Counted from the first letter of the stretch, positions 28,401 through 43,100 are shown. The stretch: DNA of 64,000 bases from Lingula anatina (GCA_051362555.1 CM120641.1:48676401-48740400), one strand, 5' to 3'. The notes: a model not told the origin generated them from the letters alone. A program made the numbers and translations.

Positions 28401-31400
28401 TTTCTATTTTCAGACATGTCACTGTCCACGACACCTCGGCCTCCAGTTTGTGTATCACCGGTATTTTTACCACTGTGTTTTTACAAGCTTTATAACTCTT
28501 CAGCGTTCCCTAATGCTCTGGGTCACATGTCATTCAGAGACTTTTTAACATCTGGCTCTCGGTCAGTGACCTGGTTCTGGGACAGCGACTGCTACGCGTT
28601 CAAAAGAGAGTTTTTCTGTGCAGCGGTGGCCCCACGGTGTGCTAATGGCGGTCCAGTATTACCGTGCCGCTCTTTTTGTATAGGTGAGTACACGTGATCA
28701 AAATAAGACTAAAATGTTGGCTCAGTTCAGTCCTATTGCTTTGCTGTATAGTATTGACTATTGCCGGCAATAACATCATTGCAACTGCAACGAAAAGTGT
28801 CTCGGAATTTTCAGAGGAGCAAGAAGACTCTGCTTTTATTACCTAACGGTAGTGCTATGGCCCTTATCTTATACATGCATATATTTATTTTATTAATATT
28901 ATTATTCATCAAAATTCGTTCAAATATATTTGTGGATATTATTTTTTAAATTTTCGTTCGTGTTTATTTAATAATATTTCACATCTGGCACATGTCCTCC
29001 CGTTGTCTTCAGATGCTGAAAGAAGTTGCTCTCAGTCTAGACATGCGTGGTTCTTGGACTGTTCCACTCTCCCGGAGTCTGCTGACCCGGACGTGTGCGT
29101 GCCAACTCCCATCACAGGTACTTCATATTGGGGCTTATTCCCCGTATTAGACCCTATGTTTATTAAAACTTTGGAGTAAAATGTTCCATCCAAAATTTGA
29201 AAAAAAAGCGGGTATAGAAATAAAGTGTGTTATCCCGTATGGTTCTGAGTGTCAAGTAACGTTTTTCAAGCGAAATATGTAAAACATAATATGTTTTGTA
29301 AAAGAAGGGGTCAATGCCCTGAATTTCTGATTATAACAGACGTAAAACTGCAGTCTGCTCGATCATATAAGAAGCGGACTGACAGTCGTCAGGTTTGTAG
29401 CTAGGGGCGCAGGGCTGCCAAATGCTTTAAAGACCTTTCAACTCCAAAGTACATTTCACTGCCTTAAATCACTACAGCAGTGAATATAGGCACTCCTTAA
29501 AATGCTTTTGACGCTGCTACTTCGTTTTCTTCTTGCCTCAGACGCGTGCGTTCCTATAGAGCCTGGTGTTTGCAGTGTCGATTACAACGCCACGATATTC
29601 CCCAACATCCTGGGGTTCAGATCCAGAGACGCCGCCTTGGAGTATCACAGGAAAGTCGTCTATATCCACAGGACCTTTAAGTGCTATAAATATTTGGAAC
29701 TTTTCTCTTGCTATACGACCAATCCAAAATGTGTTGGAACAAACACTTTGATTCCCCCGTGTAGAAGTCTTTGTGAAGGTAAGGTTTCATTTTCATGTTA
29801 GGAATTATTTTCTGATATTTTAATAACACTTAAATGTCCCATTTACGTTGGGCTAGCGACTGCTTGAGGAACTATTCAAGAGCTACTTTCGCCAACAACA
29901 AAAGGTGTACAAGTGATATATATATATATAACTTTGTAATACCACAAGTTGATGGACTGAATGTATATATTCAAATTTTCAATTATAGCGACATTCAGAC
30001 GTTGCCGTGCCTTCTTTGACTTGACTGAGACACCCTGGCTATTTATCCTGAACTGCAGCGACTTGCCAGAGTCCCTTAATACCAGCGTCTGTCTGGGAGG
30101 CAAGGAAGGACAGGAGACAAAAGGTACTTCAACCTGTTTTTAGTTCAGTAACCATGGCGAAGAGTAATGAATACAAAACGACTATTTATAAATGCAAGAT
30201 TTGAAGCCCGGCGCACACTGATAGCTGACATGCTGAGCTACCGGCCCGGAGACGTCAATTGATAGCTCAGAGAGGACGCAGGGCTGGGAAACACTCGTTT
30301 CGAAGCTTATCGTTGCATGCTGAATATTGGCCATAACGTTCATAGTCCATCAGTTAAAAAAAACATTATTCCACGAAAAACAGTTTTACACATTTGTTAG
30401 AGTAATTACTGCGGCTCTAAGCAGATGCCAGCTTGGTAACACGTCTAAAAATACCCTTTTAATTCCGCATTTAAATATATAATTCTTTGAAGACGTAAGC
30501 GACTGCGTGCTCCAGGATTCCACAGTTCTATTTCAAACATCTCTATTACCTTCTCAGTCTTGAACGTCTGTTACATTCCTTCATGCAGAGACTGTTTGTA
30601 AACAGGACGCTGTATATCCTCACTGAAACCAGGTCGACTTCAGATATGTCTGTGGAAAGACATGGTTGTCCATGATAAGTCAAGCGAGAAGGGTTTCTAT
30701 AATAAAACCAAGCTTTTTACGTTCATTAACGATTACAATGTTTTGACTCTGGTATGATTTCTTGCAATTGGAAATACATATAGGAAGCAAATCATTCACA
30801 TCTTTGTACACAATGTAAATGAGATTGATGAACTTTGCAAGGTGGATTTGTATTGAACATAGGACATTTTTGTGACTAAGTGCTATTCCAGCTATCAAAA
30901 ATGTTATAGTGATTTTTTAGTAACGTATGCATCAGGTTGTTTTAACGTTTTAAATGTTACGATAACGCGCGCGCGCGCGCGCGCGCGTGTGTGTGTGTGT
31001 GCGTTTATGAACGCTTTGATACTATCCAGTAATAATCAAAACCAACACGTTTTGTAAAATGAAATTTTCATTAACAATAAATCACCGATAACAACTAAAG
31101 AAAGCTAACAAAACACAGATTTTATCAACAAAATAACTTTCTGAGATGAAAATGTTTTTATTTCAGTGTGCCCGAATAACGAGACGCTGTGTGACGGTGA
31201 CCGCTGCGTCCCCAAGTCTTGGCTCTGTGACGGCCATCAGGACTGTGAGGACGGCTCTGATGAGCAATCATGTCCGGGTGAGAAAATTGTTCTACTTTGA
31301 CCAAAAGAATTATCGGCATGAAATACAATAAAAGTCCTCGGCATCCCCTGTCTCAGATTACCCAGTGACCAGTGCCGATGGTACCGATTTGCGTAAATAT

Positions 31401-34400
31401 TCCCCTCGGCTGTATTTTCAGGGGAGTGTACCGCCGAATCTTACAGGTGTCCAGGCACGCAGCACTGCATCAGCTGGGCCAAGGTCTGCGACGGCGTTCC
31501 CGACTGTAAGCGTGGCCTAGAGGAGAATAATTGCGGTAATACTGATATGTCGTCATTGTCGTTTTTTTCCGCCTCCGTATCTTCCGTTAGATAGTACAAC
31601 ACAATCCTAATAAAAATGGCCTTCTTATTGTGCTGTTCTTGGTAGAACGGATTCCACCACTGTTGATGAGAGCAGATAAAAACCTAGCATTCGTTGACGT
31701 CAAATACAACAAATAGGTGCACACGTATATACAACATATATTTTCACTTTTTCTAGTGCGTTTGGAAAACAGCACAGAGGGTCACTTGGAACTGTTCGAT
31801 AACTCCATGAAAACATGGCGCCAAGTCTGCGCAGACGACTGGTTGACAGAAACAGGCGAGCTGGCATGTCGTCATATGGGCTACAGGTCAGATATTCCCT
31901 TTTTATCATTGTTTGACCAATGCCTGCACATTCGTTATTTTATTTGATTCTGTCCTTTATGGCAATAACAAAACTTTGGCGATTCACTACAGGCCAGTAG
32001 CCAGGGGATTCGGAGGTTCGATAGAACCCCCCTTTGACGGGCAAAGGTCCCCTCTGGGTAAAATTTTATCTAGGGCTCATGGTGAAAGGTCCCATTTTTC
32101 CGAAGAAGACCCCTTCCCGCCCTTTTTGAAATTGTTGGCTACGGGCCTGCATTACTTAATATTTTGAATCATTGGTAATCGGTTATCTTTCAATGTGATA
32201 AAAGTTCTTGTTTCGTTTTCTCCATCGCCTAGCTCCCTAGACAGTGCTTCACATGTCGATACGACCCAAAGCAATCCACTGGTGATAGCCTATAATAAGA
32301 ACGGGACATCTCCTTACTTCGTAGGTCAAATTATAATCAAAAAGTAAGTTCAATATAAATTTCTACTTGTTTTCAGCGTTATAGCAGCCACTTCTGTATT
32401 CTTTACTGTTTAACGGCAGTTTCAGCAGTAACAGTGGAGCTATTTTAAGTCTACTGAACCAGAATTGCTTTTTGGCGCTGCTGTTTATGAAATCCACATA
32501 ACAATTAACAATTTTTCCAAAAGTGTGATATTCCTATTTTTACCTGTTCTAGTCTTACCTGTTTGTCTAAAAAAGCAATCGGGCTGAAGTGCTCATCGTT
32601 CGGTAAGTACCTGTTATTAGGTATTTTGGCATGTTTTGAAATAGCTAGTTGCGAAATCATCAACGGAAAGGATGTTCTTTAGATTTATTTATAAATTAAT
32701 TTTGTTATGCCGCGAACGACCAATATCAATAATATCTTAGGCATAAATTCAATATATGTTGCTTACATGCAAATTGGAAAGAAAAAAATGCGTATCGTAG
32801 ATATTTGTTTTTTAAAGGTGGCCAGCGTAATATTTTCTCGCGAAAAACTCATATTAACTAATTTTCCTGGGGTAAACGGTTGTGTTTCGATTAACCAACC
32901 TTCGATCCCTTTTTCCTGACACTCGCAATACCTCTAACAATCTTTGGAAATTATAAAACCTTAATCCACTCTTAAGGGTGGAGTTTTCAAAAAACCGTCA
33001 TCACTTTAAGCACTGACTTCTGGGTCGCGCGCGATTTAAAAGTGTCTCATGACAGTCGACAAGTGGCGAGGTTCGACAAAAGATGATAAATCAGATCATT
33101 TTGGCGACAATAAATCATTGCAATTATCTGTTGTTTAAAATGATAAAAAATAGAACTTGCTCTTAGATAAGTTCAACTCGAAATAGTTTGAGTATTTTTA
33201 AGTAAAAAACGTGTTTAAAATCTTACGCTTTGTTTTTCTGATCTAGAATGATTAATTTAACAAAAGTATGTCCACTGTCTAGGTTCCTATGGTTTTTTAT
33301 TCTAAATACTATATAGGAAGCATTTCCATATTGTAGTGTGTGGCACTCGCCCCGCCTATATACCATCCGGGAAGCGCGTGGTGGGAGGTACTTCCGTCCA
33401 CGAGGGGGCGTGGCCATGGTTGGTGTCTCTTCACGCGGGCCCCGCTGAAGTTTTCTACTGCGGCGGAGTTATCATTGACGCTAGCTGGATCCTAACCGCC
33501 GGACACTGTGCACAAACGTAGGTGGAACTTTAAAGTTGTCAAGCACTAGTTAAGATTATCATTCCAATTACCGCATGGTTACAATAGCAAGACTCTTAGG
33601 TCCCATTCCCAATTATACCATCGGTCTACGTGAATCGACCCAATGCTGCGGGTACTCTCGCTGACTGCAATCAGCTTAACCGAAGGACACGCCCCCTTTT
33701 GGCATTAAAAAGAATACAGAAAAGCTGGTAATATTGTACGAGTACATTGGAAACAAGAGGAGGCGTGGCATTCAGTTAGGCTAAATGCACTTATCGAGGT
33801 GTCTCGGTGAGATGGGTCGTTCTACGTAGACCGATGTTGTTTATGGGAATGGAGTCTTGTTTAAGGAAGGGAGAAGTCTTACACGAAGGCGCAAAACTGC
33901 AAACAATATTAACATGAAAAAAATCTTCTCTTTTCGTCTTGCCATATTTTAAGGTTCCGTAAACGTTTGGTAAATTTCACATCATTTGGCAAATATTTAA
34001 TTGCTTATATATCACGTTCGCCGCCATGGCATCCACATTGAAACTTATTGAGCTTGCCGATCACATATCGAAACTCTGCCATTCATAGGGCACTGGAAAC
34101 TGTTTTATTCTTAACACGCCCCTGATACCCATGGAACAATAATCGAAGTTCCATTATTCCAGATATATACAGCCTGAGGACATCCGTATTCACGCCGGAA
34201 TAGTTCGCCGTGGCATGTACTCCCGCCATCTCCAGGTGCGCGTTGTCCAGGAGATTGTGAGGCAGCCAAACTATAAGAAGAACCTGCTGCAGGACGACAT
34301 AGCTTTGCTTCGACTGGCGAGCCCTCTTCGTTATACTGATTACGTGAGACCGGTGTGCTTACCCTCCCGCGGCCTGGGGATTGCCAACGAGACCAGGTGT

Positions 34401-35587
34401 ATCTCTGCAGGATGGGGACGCCAAGGTGATTGTCGCGGATTAAATGTATACAATTAATTAAGAAAGATAAGTAGCTTTGCAAGCTATGTAGCCATGGAAA
34501 TGTGAAAATATGGACAGTTGCAAGCTCGCATAGCATAATGCCTTTCAAAATCTCCAGTTAAAAGATGTTCAACACGTGTAAGAAATCACTGTTCTGTGGA
34601 AAGCGTTTCTTTTCCGACGTATACGGTAGAAACCCCCTGTGTCGTCTCGCGTGAATTCCGTTTGATCATTTAAACACATAGTGTTTAGTGCATGTAATAC
34701 CACATTATGGTTTGTTAGATAGTTCTCGGGCATTTGTTAGTGAAATATAATGCATATCTATTTATTATTGGATATATAATCGTGTAACATCTCTATACAT
34801 ATAATTTTATTGAACACCAGCTAATGGTAATGGTGGGTTTGAACGAGTGGCACGCCAGGTTAACTTGCCGGTCTTGCCCCTGGACACGTGTAAAACAGCG
34901 GCCTCGGACCAAGGTGTGCGTCGGATCAGTCTGCCTGTCTTGGATGACAAGATCATCTGTGCAGGGGGAGAAGCTGGTCAAGACACTTGCTCGGTGAGAA
35001 CTGTGTGCGCGTGTGTGTATGCGCTCCTTGCTTTTTTATGTTTGTGGAAATGTAATTACAGTATGTTACACAATATTGAAAAAGTGTAGAAAATTTTAAG
35101 GTGGCAATAGCCCTAGATTATGGCACACACCAATGCTTTTTAAAAGAAAAGAAAAACATCGCCAAAATACACGAAAAACATCAATTACTTTTGTGTTAAT
35201 CATCAAATCATGATCAGTCTGGCAGATTTTCACAGGAAACCATTTAACAGAAAAAGTGCAGCTTGGCAGTTAGAGGGACTGATGTCTCGGACGGCGACAC
35301 CGACGACACGGACATACACAGTGATCAGAATATACAGTGTCCGTTTTTAAAAATTAGATTTTCATCAATTACTATTTCATTTTATGCAATTTTAGGGTGA
35401 CAGTGGCGGCCCTTTGATGTACACTAATCAGAAAGACGGCACGTGGACATTGGCGGGTATCGTGTCGCGAGGTCTGATTGATGAGTGCGGCAGGACGCAG
35501 GTGCCCGCCCTCTACACCAATGTCTCCACATTTGCCGACTGGATATACAATAATACAGCAACCACGTCAGAGTTATTCAATTTATAG
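22425..35587 (+). CDS. Corin-like type II transmembrane serine protease (TM-SEA-Fz-Fz-LDLa-LDLa-SRCR-trypsin)
   Basis: Exons approximately 22425-22454 ([10 protein letters not shown], putative), 25945-26224 (TM: [29 protein letters not shown]), 26472-26567, 26814-26945, 27375-27442, 27776-27927 (SEA, FRSG/SVLV), 28414-28683 plus 29012-29117 (Fz, 10 Cys), 29542-29778 plus 29989-30123 (Fz, 10 Cys), 31167-31278 and 31421-31535 (LDLa: [20 protein letters not shown]), 31757-31886, 32233-32343, 32553-32602 (SRCR), 33336-33517 (KR|VVGG activation site, TAGHC), 34163-34425 (DIALL), 34821-34993, 35396-35587 (GDSGGP, stop TAG). Confidence 0.92.
31989..32149. mobile_element. Non-autonomous TIR element (MITE), CAGG termini
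   Basis: caggccagtagcca...tggctacgggcctg inverted termini; internal identity with 56294-56455; no clear target-site duplication. Confidence 0.8.
33598..33857. mobile_element. Palindromic MITE in a protease intron
   Basis: 5' ccattcccaattataccatcggtctacgtgaatcgaccca pairs imperfectly with 3' tgggtcgttctacgtagaccgatgttgtttatgggaatgg; inner arms are also complementary. Confidence 0.8.
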
Positions 35588-37100
35588 AACATTTGTCTTC
35601 CTTAAAGACAGCTGAATCCTTCATTTTGCGCGACCGTCTTTTGCTGACTTGGATCTTGACAAAAGAATCGAAAGAAACAGATATATCAGCATATATGAAC
35701 ATTCCAGACTTTCTTTCCATGTGTCTGTATTTTCAGCACCGGTGGTTTTACTTACCTTCATTTTGAACAAATGAACTGCTGTTCAGTTACCAAAAGACCA
35801 TCCTATTGTGTCCCAATTTATTGCCATATTTTGTACATAGATTTATCTAACGCATTAATTAACTGCTGGACCAGTGCCAAAATAAATTTATTGTACATAT
35901 TATAATTTGTCAGAGAATTAAAATGTTAGCAATTTGTCCACAAGCTGATAAGTACACAGGCATTAGCGGACCTACGTTTTGGTAAAAAAAAAGGGGGGGG
36001 GGCGGACCACAGGGAATAAATCCTGAACGAAGCGAGAGAAATATAAAACTGTTAAGGACAATTTGACATAATATCTGGGATCCGGGGATGGGAAAATTAC
36101 TTGTTACTCGTTTCGTTCCTTACTCTTGCTTTTTGGGAAAGAGACGGGTGCACCTCCCAAACAAAGTTTGCAGCATGTGCCTCATTTGTCAGCCGCTTTG
36201 ATAGGATTGACACACTGAAAACCTTTTTCAACATTTACTTAGCTAAAAAAGTTTTTCTCCATCTTTTAACTCCCCCATGTTGCAATCGCTGAACAGGTCG
36301 GCCAGATTTCAAAACCAGCAATGTACATGAACATTGTCGGCCTACATATATTTTTTGAATGGATGAAAGTGATAAGCAACTTTCAGGAAGCATTTCCCTT
36401 TTACATTCACAATGAATCCTCATGATGACTGTGTCAAGTTTAAAAAATTAAAGACATCTATAGGTTCTGTATCTGTACAGTTAATATGACACTGTCTTAA
36501 AAAACCTCACTACGCTCTTCCTATGCAAAGTGATACAATTTATTTTCCAACTTTACGTCCATTTCTGCACTGTATGAAATAATATGTAATATTTATAAAC
36601 ACGTCAGTTCTTTATTTCTTTATACAGCTTTACTTATATAACGTTACAAAAGTTGGAAAAGTCTCATCAGTGACAAATACATCTTTCAGAACACTCTTAC
36701 TGGGTCAAAAGAACCATAACATATTTAGGAGTATAACTACCCCATGTCCTGGACTCTGAGCAGTACATTACTATCTCTCTGAGAACAGTGATATCACAGT
36801 TAAAAGTCAGCAAATAATGCTCCATTCCACAGAGCTGTGCTAGACATCCTCATCAAACATCATGCAAACACACTTTCAGACATGAGCCTAGGTTTTAAAA
36901 AAACCCTCTGAACATTAATAATTTTATTGCAGATCTAAAAAACGCAGAAAAAGCTTATGTCTGCACTTTGGCTCACATAAAGTTAATCACACACCATGAT
37001 TGCAGTCAGTAAAAATCTTGTCTTATATATGTGTCATCCCATCAATGCTGAGCTCACAATACTAAAACCATGTGGCTATCTCATTAAGGGTGACCAATGG

Positions 37101-40100
37101 TCACTCCAGTCCAATCAGTTGATTGACCGGCTGGTACCTCCAGTCATCCTTTGTTAGATCTTTTAGTTTCTGTCGTAACTGTTTCAGTGTCTGTTCATGT
37201 TGTTCTGAAAATAAAATATTCACTGATAGATTGATGGATAGAAAGATATTCATTGAAAATAAGATATTCAATGATAGATTGACAGATAATTTTTATTGGA
37301 TTTCAAAAAAAAAAAAAAAAGATTTACAATACGTAATTCTAAATGAGAGAAAAGTCTAAGATGTTAATATATTGGCAGCTTGATTTTTTAAACAGTACAA
37401 GCACAGAAAATCACTCAAATATTAGGTTTTCCCTACCCTTTAGCAATTTCATCACACCCTACTGGTGGAGGAGAGACAAACTGATTTTAATTCAAACAGA
37501 TCAATCAGTATTCAGAGAGAGCTTTGGAAAAGCAGGTAGAAGGAGAGGTAAGAGGGGCATATACATTTGTACATTTGAATCCCTTAGCCTACCTTAACTC
37601 TTAAACTGTTTTTGGTGAATGGTATGTTTGGTGCTATAGGACAATATATGAATAAACACTGACTACTGTGTGAAGTATTATTACCTTTGTGCAGAATACG
37701 AACACTGGTCTCCACGTCCTGCTCTATTTGAAGCTTGCTCATCAATGTGTCTGTAATATCTTGAAAAAATTGAAAAGCTCTAAGTTTAATATATATATTA
37801 ATGTTTGGCACTTTGAGTGTATGTACTTGATCAAATCAGAACACTTTATCCTTAAATGCCCTCATTACAGTGCCATTAGGCAGAAATACATCAAGAAATT
37901 TTATTATAAATACAAAGCCAAGCCTCTTCAGACAGTGAGACTAATTAGATTATTATCACATAACAATGTTACTATTGAGGCAGTGCGCACAATAGTTTTT
38001 TCTTCAATTTTGATGCAATATTACATAATGCTTAACAGCATTATGATCATCAATTTTTAATAATAAAATAAGAGTATCATGGATATTCGGAAAATGTGAC
38101 TAGCACAAGTCTTCAAGCCCATGGAAGTTCAGAGTCATACTTTGAAAATGACAAAATGTAATAAAAGATAACTGTACTGAAGTGAGATTATTTCCACTTT
38201 CAACACCTTTTTACATAAAACAAAATAATCAATTTACTGTCAAATAAGAAAATTGCTGACATAGGAAAAAAAATCAATAGAACAATTTTAAATGTCCATT
38301 TTGCTCCATTCTGAGATTCTGAACATAGTGAATGATTGAATCTGACAGACTGCAATGATATGAGTTTATTTCCATTTTTTAAAAGTATTTTTAAGATAAA
38401 TTTAAAACCAAATTCACAAACCAGTGGCACTGCCACAATCTATGTTTATGGGACCTTGGGGCTGGGAGGCCATACATGTATTAACATTATACATAGGCAC
38501 ACTCACATAAGCAGGTCATAAATTAGACACTACATCCAATAAATTTAAAATTTTTAAATAATTTACATATTTGTCTAAAGTTTCATATTAAAATATGAGA
38601 CTTTAGATTAGTATATAAATTATTTAGAATAATTTGACTATCAATTATGTCTATGAATTTCAAATAAAATTATGACTAACAAGTAAGACTGTCAGTGTCT
38701 GAGTACCCAGCAATAAAAAATTTCCCCTGACAACCGGCAGTGAACTGTTATTGAGTGGAACAATGATGAGACACTTTTTTTCACAATTTGGTCTCATTTG
38801 TATTTGGAACTGAAGATGTGAGGTTGTTGTTATATTCCCTCTCCTATGCCTCAGTGACAAGCAATTTTCCAAAAGAACCTGGGTAGGGATGAACATGGGC
38901 CCCTACACAGTGTATTATCTCACACATACCTTGTCGTTGGGATGTGGACATTGACTGTGGCAGTGCTTAAAAGGATTTATTCAGTGACCTGAGCATAGAC
39001 TTTTTGAGATAACTCCAAAAGAATTTATAAAATTTTACTGTATAGCCATCTAAACCAGGAGATTTTTCTATCTATGATGAGGAAAGTGAAAACTTGTGTG
39101 CTGTGCATTACCACGGTCGTGATACTGGTCCTATACTGGGGGAAGTGTAAAATAAGCAAGGATTCAGGAAAAGGTAAGACGTCTCCGTCTCAGACACCTC
39201 TGTCTCTCAGATAATCTGTGATGGCACAAGGGTGTCGGCAGAATTTTGACAATTTGAGTACAGTTACAGACCAAGTATACAAAAAAAAAATAAATAAATA
39301 AAAATTGCTATTTTTGTTTTTCGCTGTTTTCATTTGAAGGTTTACTTGTTTATTCATGGCACCATAAGGCGGTGCAGACAGATGGTGGGGTCATAAAAAT
39401 CACCTTGCAGGTGACACAAGAAGTATTCAGGCTCTAAGTGTGTGCTTGTTTTTTTTTTTAAGTTAACTTTTAAGCATTGATCCATATGTGATGATTTGTT
39501 GTCTTGCTGTCTGATGTCTTTCTTATTGTATCTGATGGATACTACGGCATCCAGGTATCACAAAAGATTGTGGCACGGCACGTTTTTTAATGCTCTCCTT
39601 TTCTCGCTTTAAAATTATAAAAAATGGCTTTATATCAATGCAACAACATCCCTGTTATAGCTAAGCTAGCAACATCTATTCGCATTCCTCTCAAACCCTT
39701 AACTTAATTTTGGAGCTTCCATCCATTGTCATGTGCTCTCATTTGTCCTAGTTAATGTCAAATGGCCATTGCTTACTGGCGAGAAGAAATAATCAAAAAT
39801 CACAACATAAACATAGCTTTAAACCCTATGCCATTATTCAAACTCCAAATTCTAGTGGGTATAACAACCATTTTGAGCAACAAAAATATGTATTGATCAA
39901 CAACCTCTGATAGGATCCTGGTGCATATTTTCACATGAAGCATCATACATACTCCAACTTGAAGTTTTTAAACAGAACTGAAGAGTAGACATTGTGAAAT
40001 ATTTTCTTATTTATAGATAGGACCGACCAAAGGACCAACCTTCCAGATGGAACATATTTTGCCAGTGTTTGGCAATTTCCAGATGACACATCTTCTGCTG

Positions 40101-43100
40101 CTCCTTTACCGTATGGGGTCCCAGGACGGACATGTTCTCACGACAATTGTAAACAAAAAAGACATATTATTTTCTTGAAAGTTCATAAATGCGGTTCTAC
40201 CACTGTCTATTCAATCTTAGAACGGGCAGCAGCAAAATACGGGTTGGCTGTTTTAAAGCCACTGCCAGGAAGACCTAGTTTTTACCCGAGTAAAGATATG
40301 AACTACCCGCTCCTTCATGTAAGGAAGCCGAGTTTTGCAGATGCTTTATACAGTCCTAACAAAACATATGACATGATGATGCATCACATGGTTTTTGATG
40401 CTGAAGTATTAAACGCCATGATGCCCAAGGATTCATTTCGCATAGGAATTGTCCGTGAACCATTTTCTCAATTTAAGAGTGCCTTTAACTTTATGTCAAT
40501 GAAAAGCAAATTTAATATAACATCCTTGAATAGTCTGCAAACATTTTTCCATAACCCGTATAAATATTGGAATATGTACACACGCCGAAGTTATAATAGC
40601 TTTATAAGAAATGGGATGATGTACGAGTTTGGCTTTCCAGATGACGACATGAAAATCAGAAGCAACAAAACCTTCATCAAACAATACATTGATTACATAG
40701 ATAATCAATTTGATTTCATCGTTGTGAATGAGCTGTTTGACGAAAGTTTGGTTTTACTTGGTAGAAAGTTATGCTGGAAGGTACAGGATCTGCTGTATGT
40801 AAAGCAAAATGCTGGTAAGTACACTTCTGAATTTAAGAATGAAGACGACCCATGGATCATTCAACAACACAAAGCATGGAGTAAAGCTGACTATCACTTG
40901 TACGACTACTTTTTGACCAAATTGAAAAAGACAATTTCTTTTCAAGGTAAAGACTTTTATGATGAGCTTGCAAGTTTTAAAAATGCTCTGAAATGGGTGA
41001 AAAGATGTGGGTTTGAAAATGTGATAGATGTTTGTCAAAGAAATGGCCCTGAAACAAAAGTTTCACTGCGGTGTAAAACATGACCAGAGAAATAAACATA
41101 AATAGTTCCCTGCAATACTAGCATTAATGAATGCTGGAAAATTAACATGACTGACATGGTGCCTTTAAAAAAAAAATTAGCTTAATAAGCATTGCCTAGG
41201 AAGGTGTGTGTTCGACTAGATAAGATACATTAAAGGACTGCATTGAGATTTATTTATCTATTTTTTTCCAAAATAAATGTAATTTTGTGATTGACTTGCA
41301 CTTATAAGATAAACGCCATTTTTAACATACTAGTAAATACATCCCTTGAGTAGTATTCTGTAAGAAAAAAATAATAAAATGGAACAAAAAGTGAAGTGTG
41401 AAATCAAGCATGGGGATCATATAGGGGAAAAAGGTAAAAAATGTTTGCTTGTTAACTACTCTCTTATTAGATATTTAACCTAAAATAAATGCAGTCCAGT
41501 TATGCTACATTTTACACTTGCTAGAATTATATTATTAATGATTCAGACCAATGCTTTATTAAAAACATGCCTGCTTGTAAGATTTTCCCCCTCAGACTTT
41601 ATGAATTCTTTGGGGTCAACAGGATTTTTCTCCAACTAACCAACTTTTGATTTCTCCTTTCCTGAGGATTGTCACAACAGTGTTATAACTTAAAAGTATG
41701 TGTGTTTAAAATTCCGCACTTGCTATAATCACTGCCATTCTGGTTATGCGCCATTCAAAGCTGTGCCAATTAGATGTTTGGCAGTAGGCAAGGTTTATAA
41801 GGAGGTGATGAATTAGATTATTTTTGGCGACATTAATTCACTGCATTTACCTGCCACAAGTTCAGCAAGGTGTGGTTTATGTATTGTGTTTGTGAATCTT
41901 ACACTTTGTCCCACATAATCTACTTCAGAGTTGTTTTTTCAAAAAAATAAAACTTGTCTTATTCAATTTATAAGATTCGCTCCTGTAATAAAGATAACGC
42001 CAGAGAGAGCTTTAGGATAAAGCTTTAGGATAAAGGATGTATATACTGTAGGGTGGCTCAAAATAACTTTAAGTTTTGAAAACAGTGCAATGAAATTTGA
42101 CGTATTTGAGGAAAATGATGTTTTAAATAAATGCTGAAAAACACAAACCCTAAATATTAAGAACATTAATGCCATGCAGGCCTGTGTAACTTATGACAGT
42201 TGCCAGTGTCAGGCACTTATGAAACCTGTCAATTAGTTTTTGTGATGATAATTTAAATTGAAACCTGTCAATTAGTTTTTGTGATGATAATTTAAATTAT
42301 ATTAAAACGAAAACCAACGAAGTGCGCAAGTGACTCGTTTTTTATTTACATCGTCCAAGGATTGTAGTCAACGTAAGTCTCTATCCCAGTAAAAGATTAT
42401 TACGGGTAGTTAATGAAAATTGAGAGCATGCCATGTATCACAAGACAAGGCCAGGTTCATTGAAGTCTTGGTGCGATATTTTGATTTATTGTTGCCAATA
42501 ATCGGTCATGTGAGTGGTTATTTGGTTTGATGCGATAAGTTGTCTCTGTGCACTGATGAAAATAACTTATAACTCAATATCTGGATTCTACAACCCTATA
42601 AAACATTTGCATAGACTAAGACCCCATTTCCAGAGATTAGATCGATCTACTTTAGATCGACCTAACTCCCTGGGGGTTCACGCTAAATTGCTGTCAGCCA
42701 GGCGATACGAAAGTTAATTACCCCCTTACAGCTTGTAGTAGGCGGGACGGACATTTAAGCCGGATTATCTGACAGAAATCTAGTGAGACTCCCCGCGGAG
42801 ATAGATCGATCTAAAATCTCTGGGAATACAGCTTAAGTGTGCGCAAGAGAGTGAGGCGAGACTAAGATCACATTCACAACGAGTTGAGCCAGGCTTTACA
42901 AATCCTGGAACTAAATATGGCGGATGTACATGAAAGAAAAACCGCCTAATCTTTTAATAATCTCTCCGCCTCTCACACGCCTCCCCATGTGTAGGTAGAT
43001 AACAATCCGCTAGGGGCGCTACAGTCGTAACTATCCACGGGCAGTGAAGTGTAAAAGTGAAGTCGGCCTACTGACAGTTCGCCTATGGAACCCCTTTTTT

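Noticed and set aside
36101-36423. Short ORFs between the protease and ANAPC16
   Set aside because: No recognisable domain or consistent splice pattern; probably UTR or repeat-derived sequence
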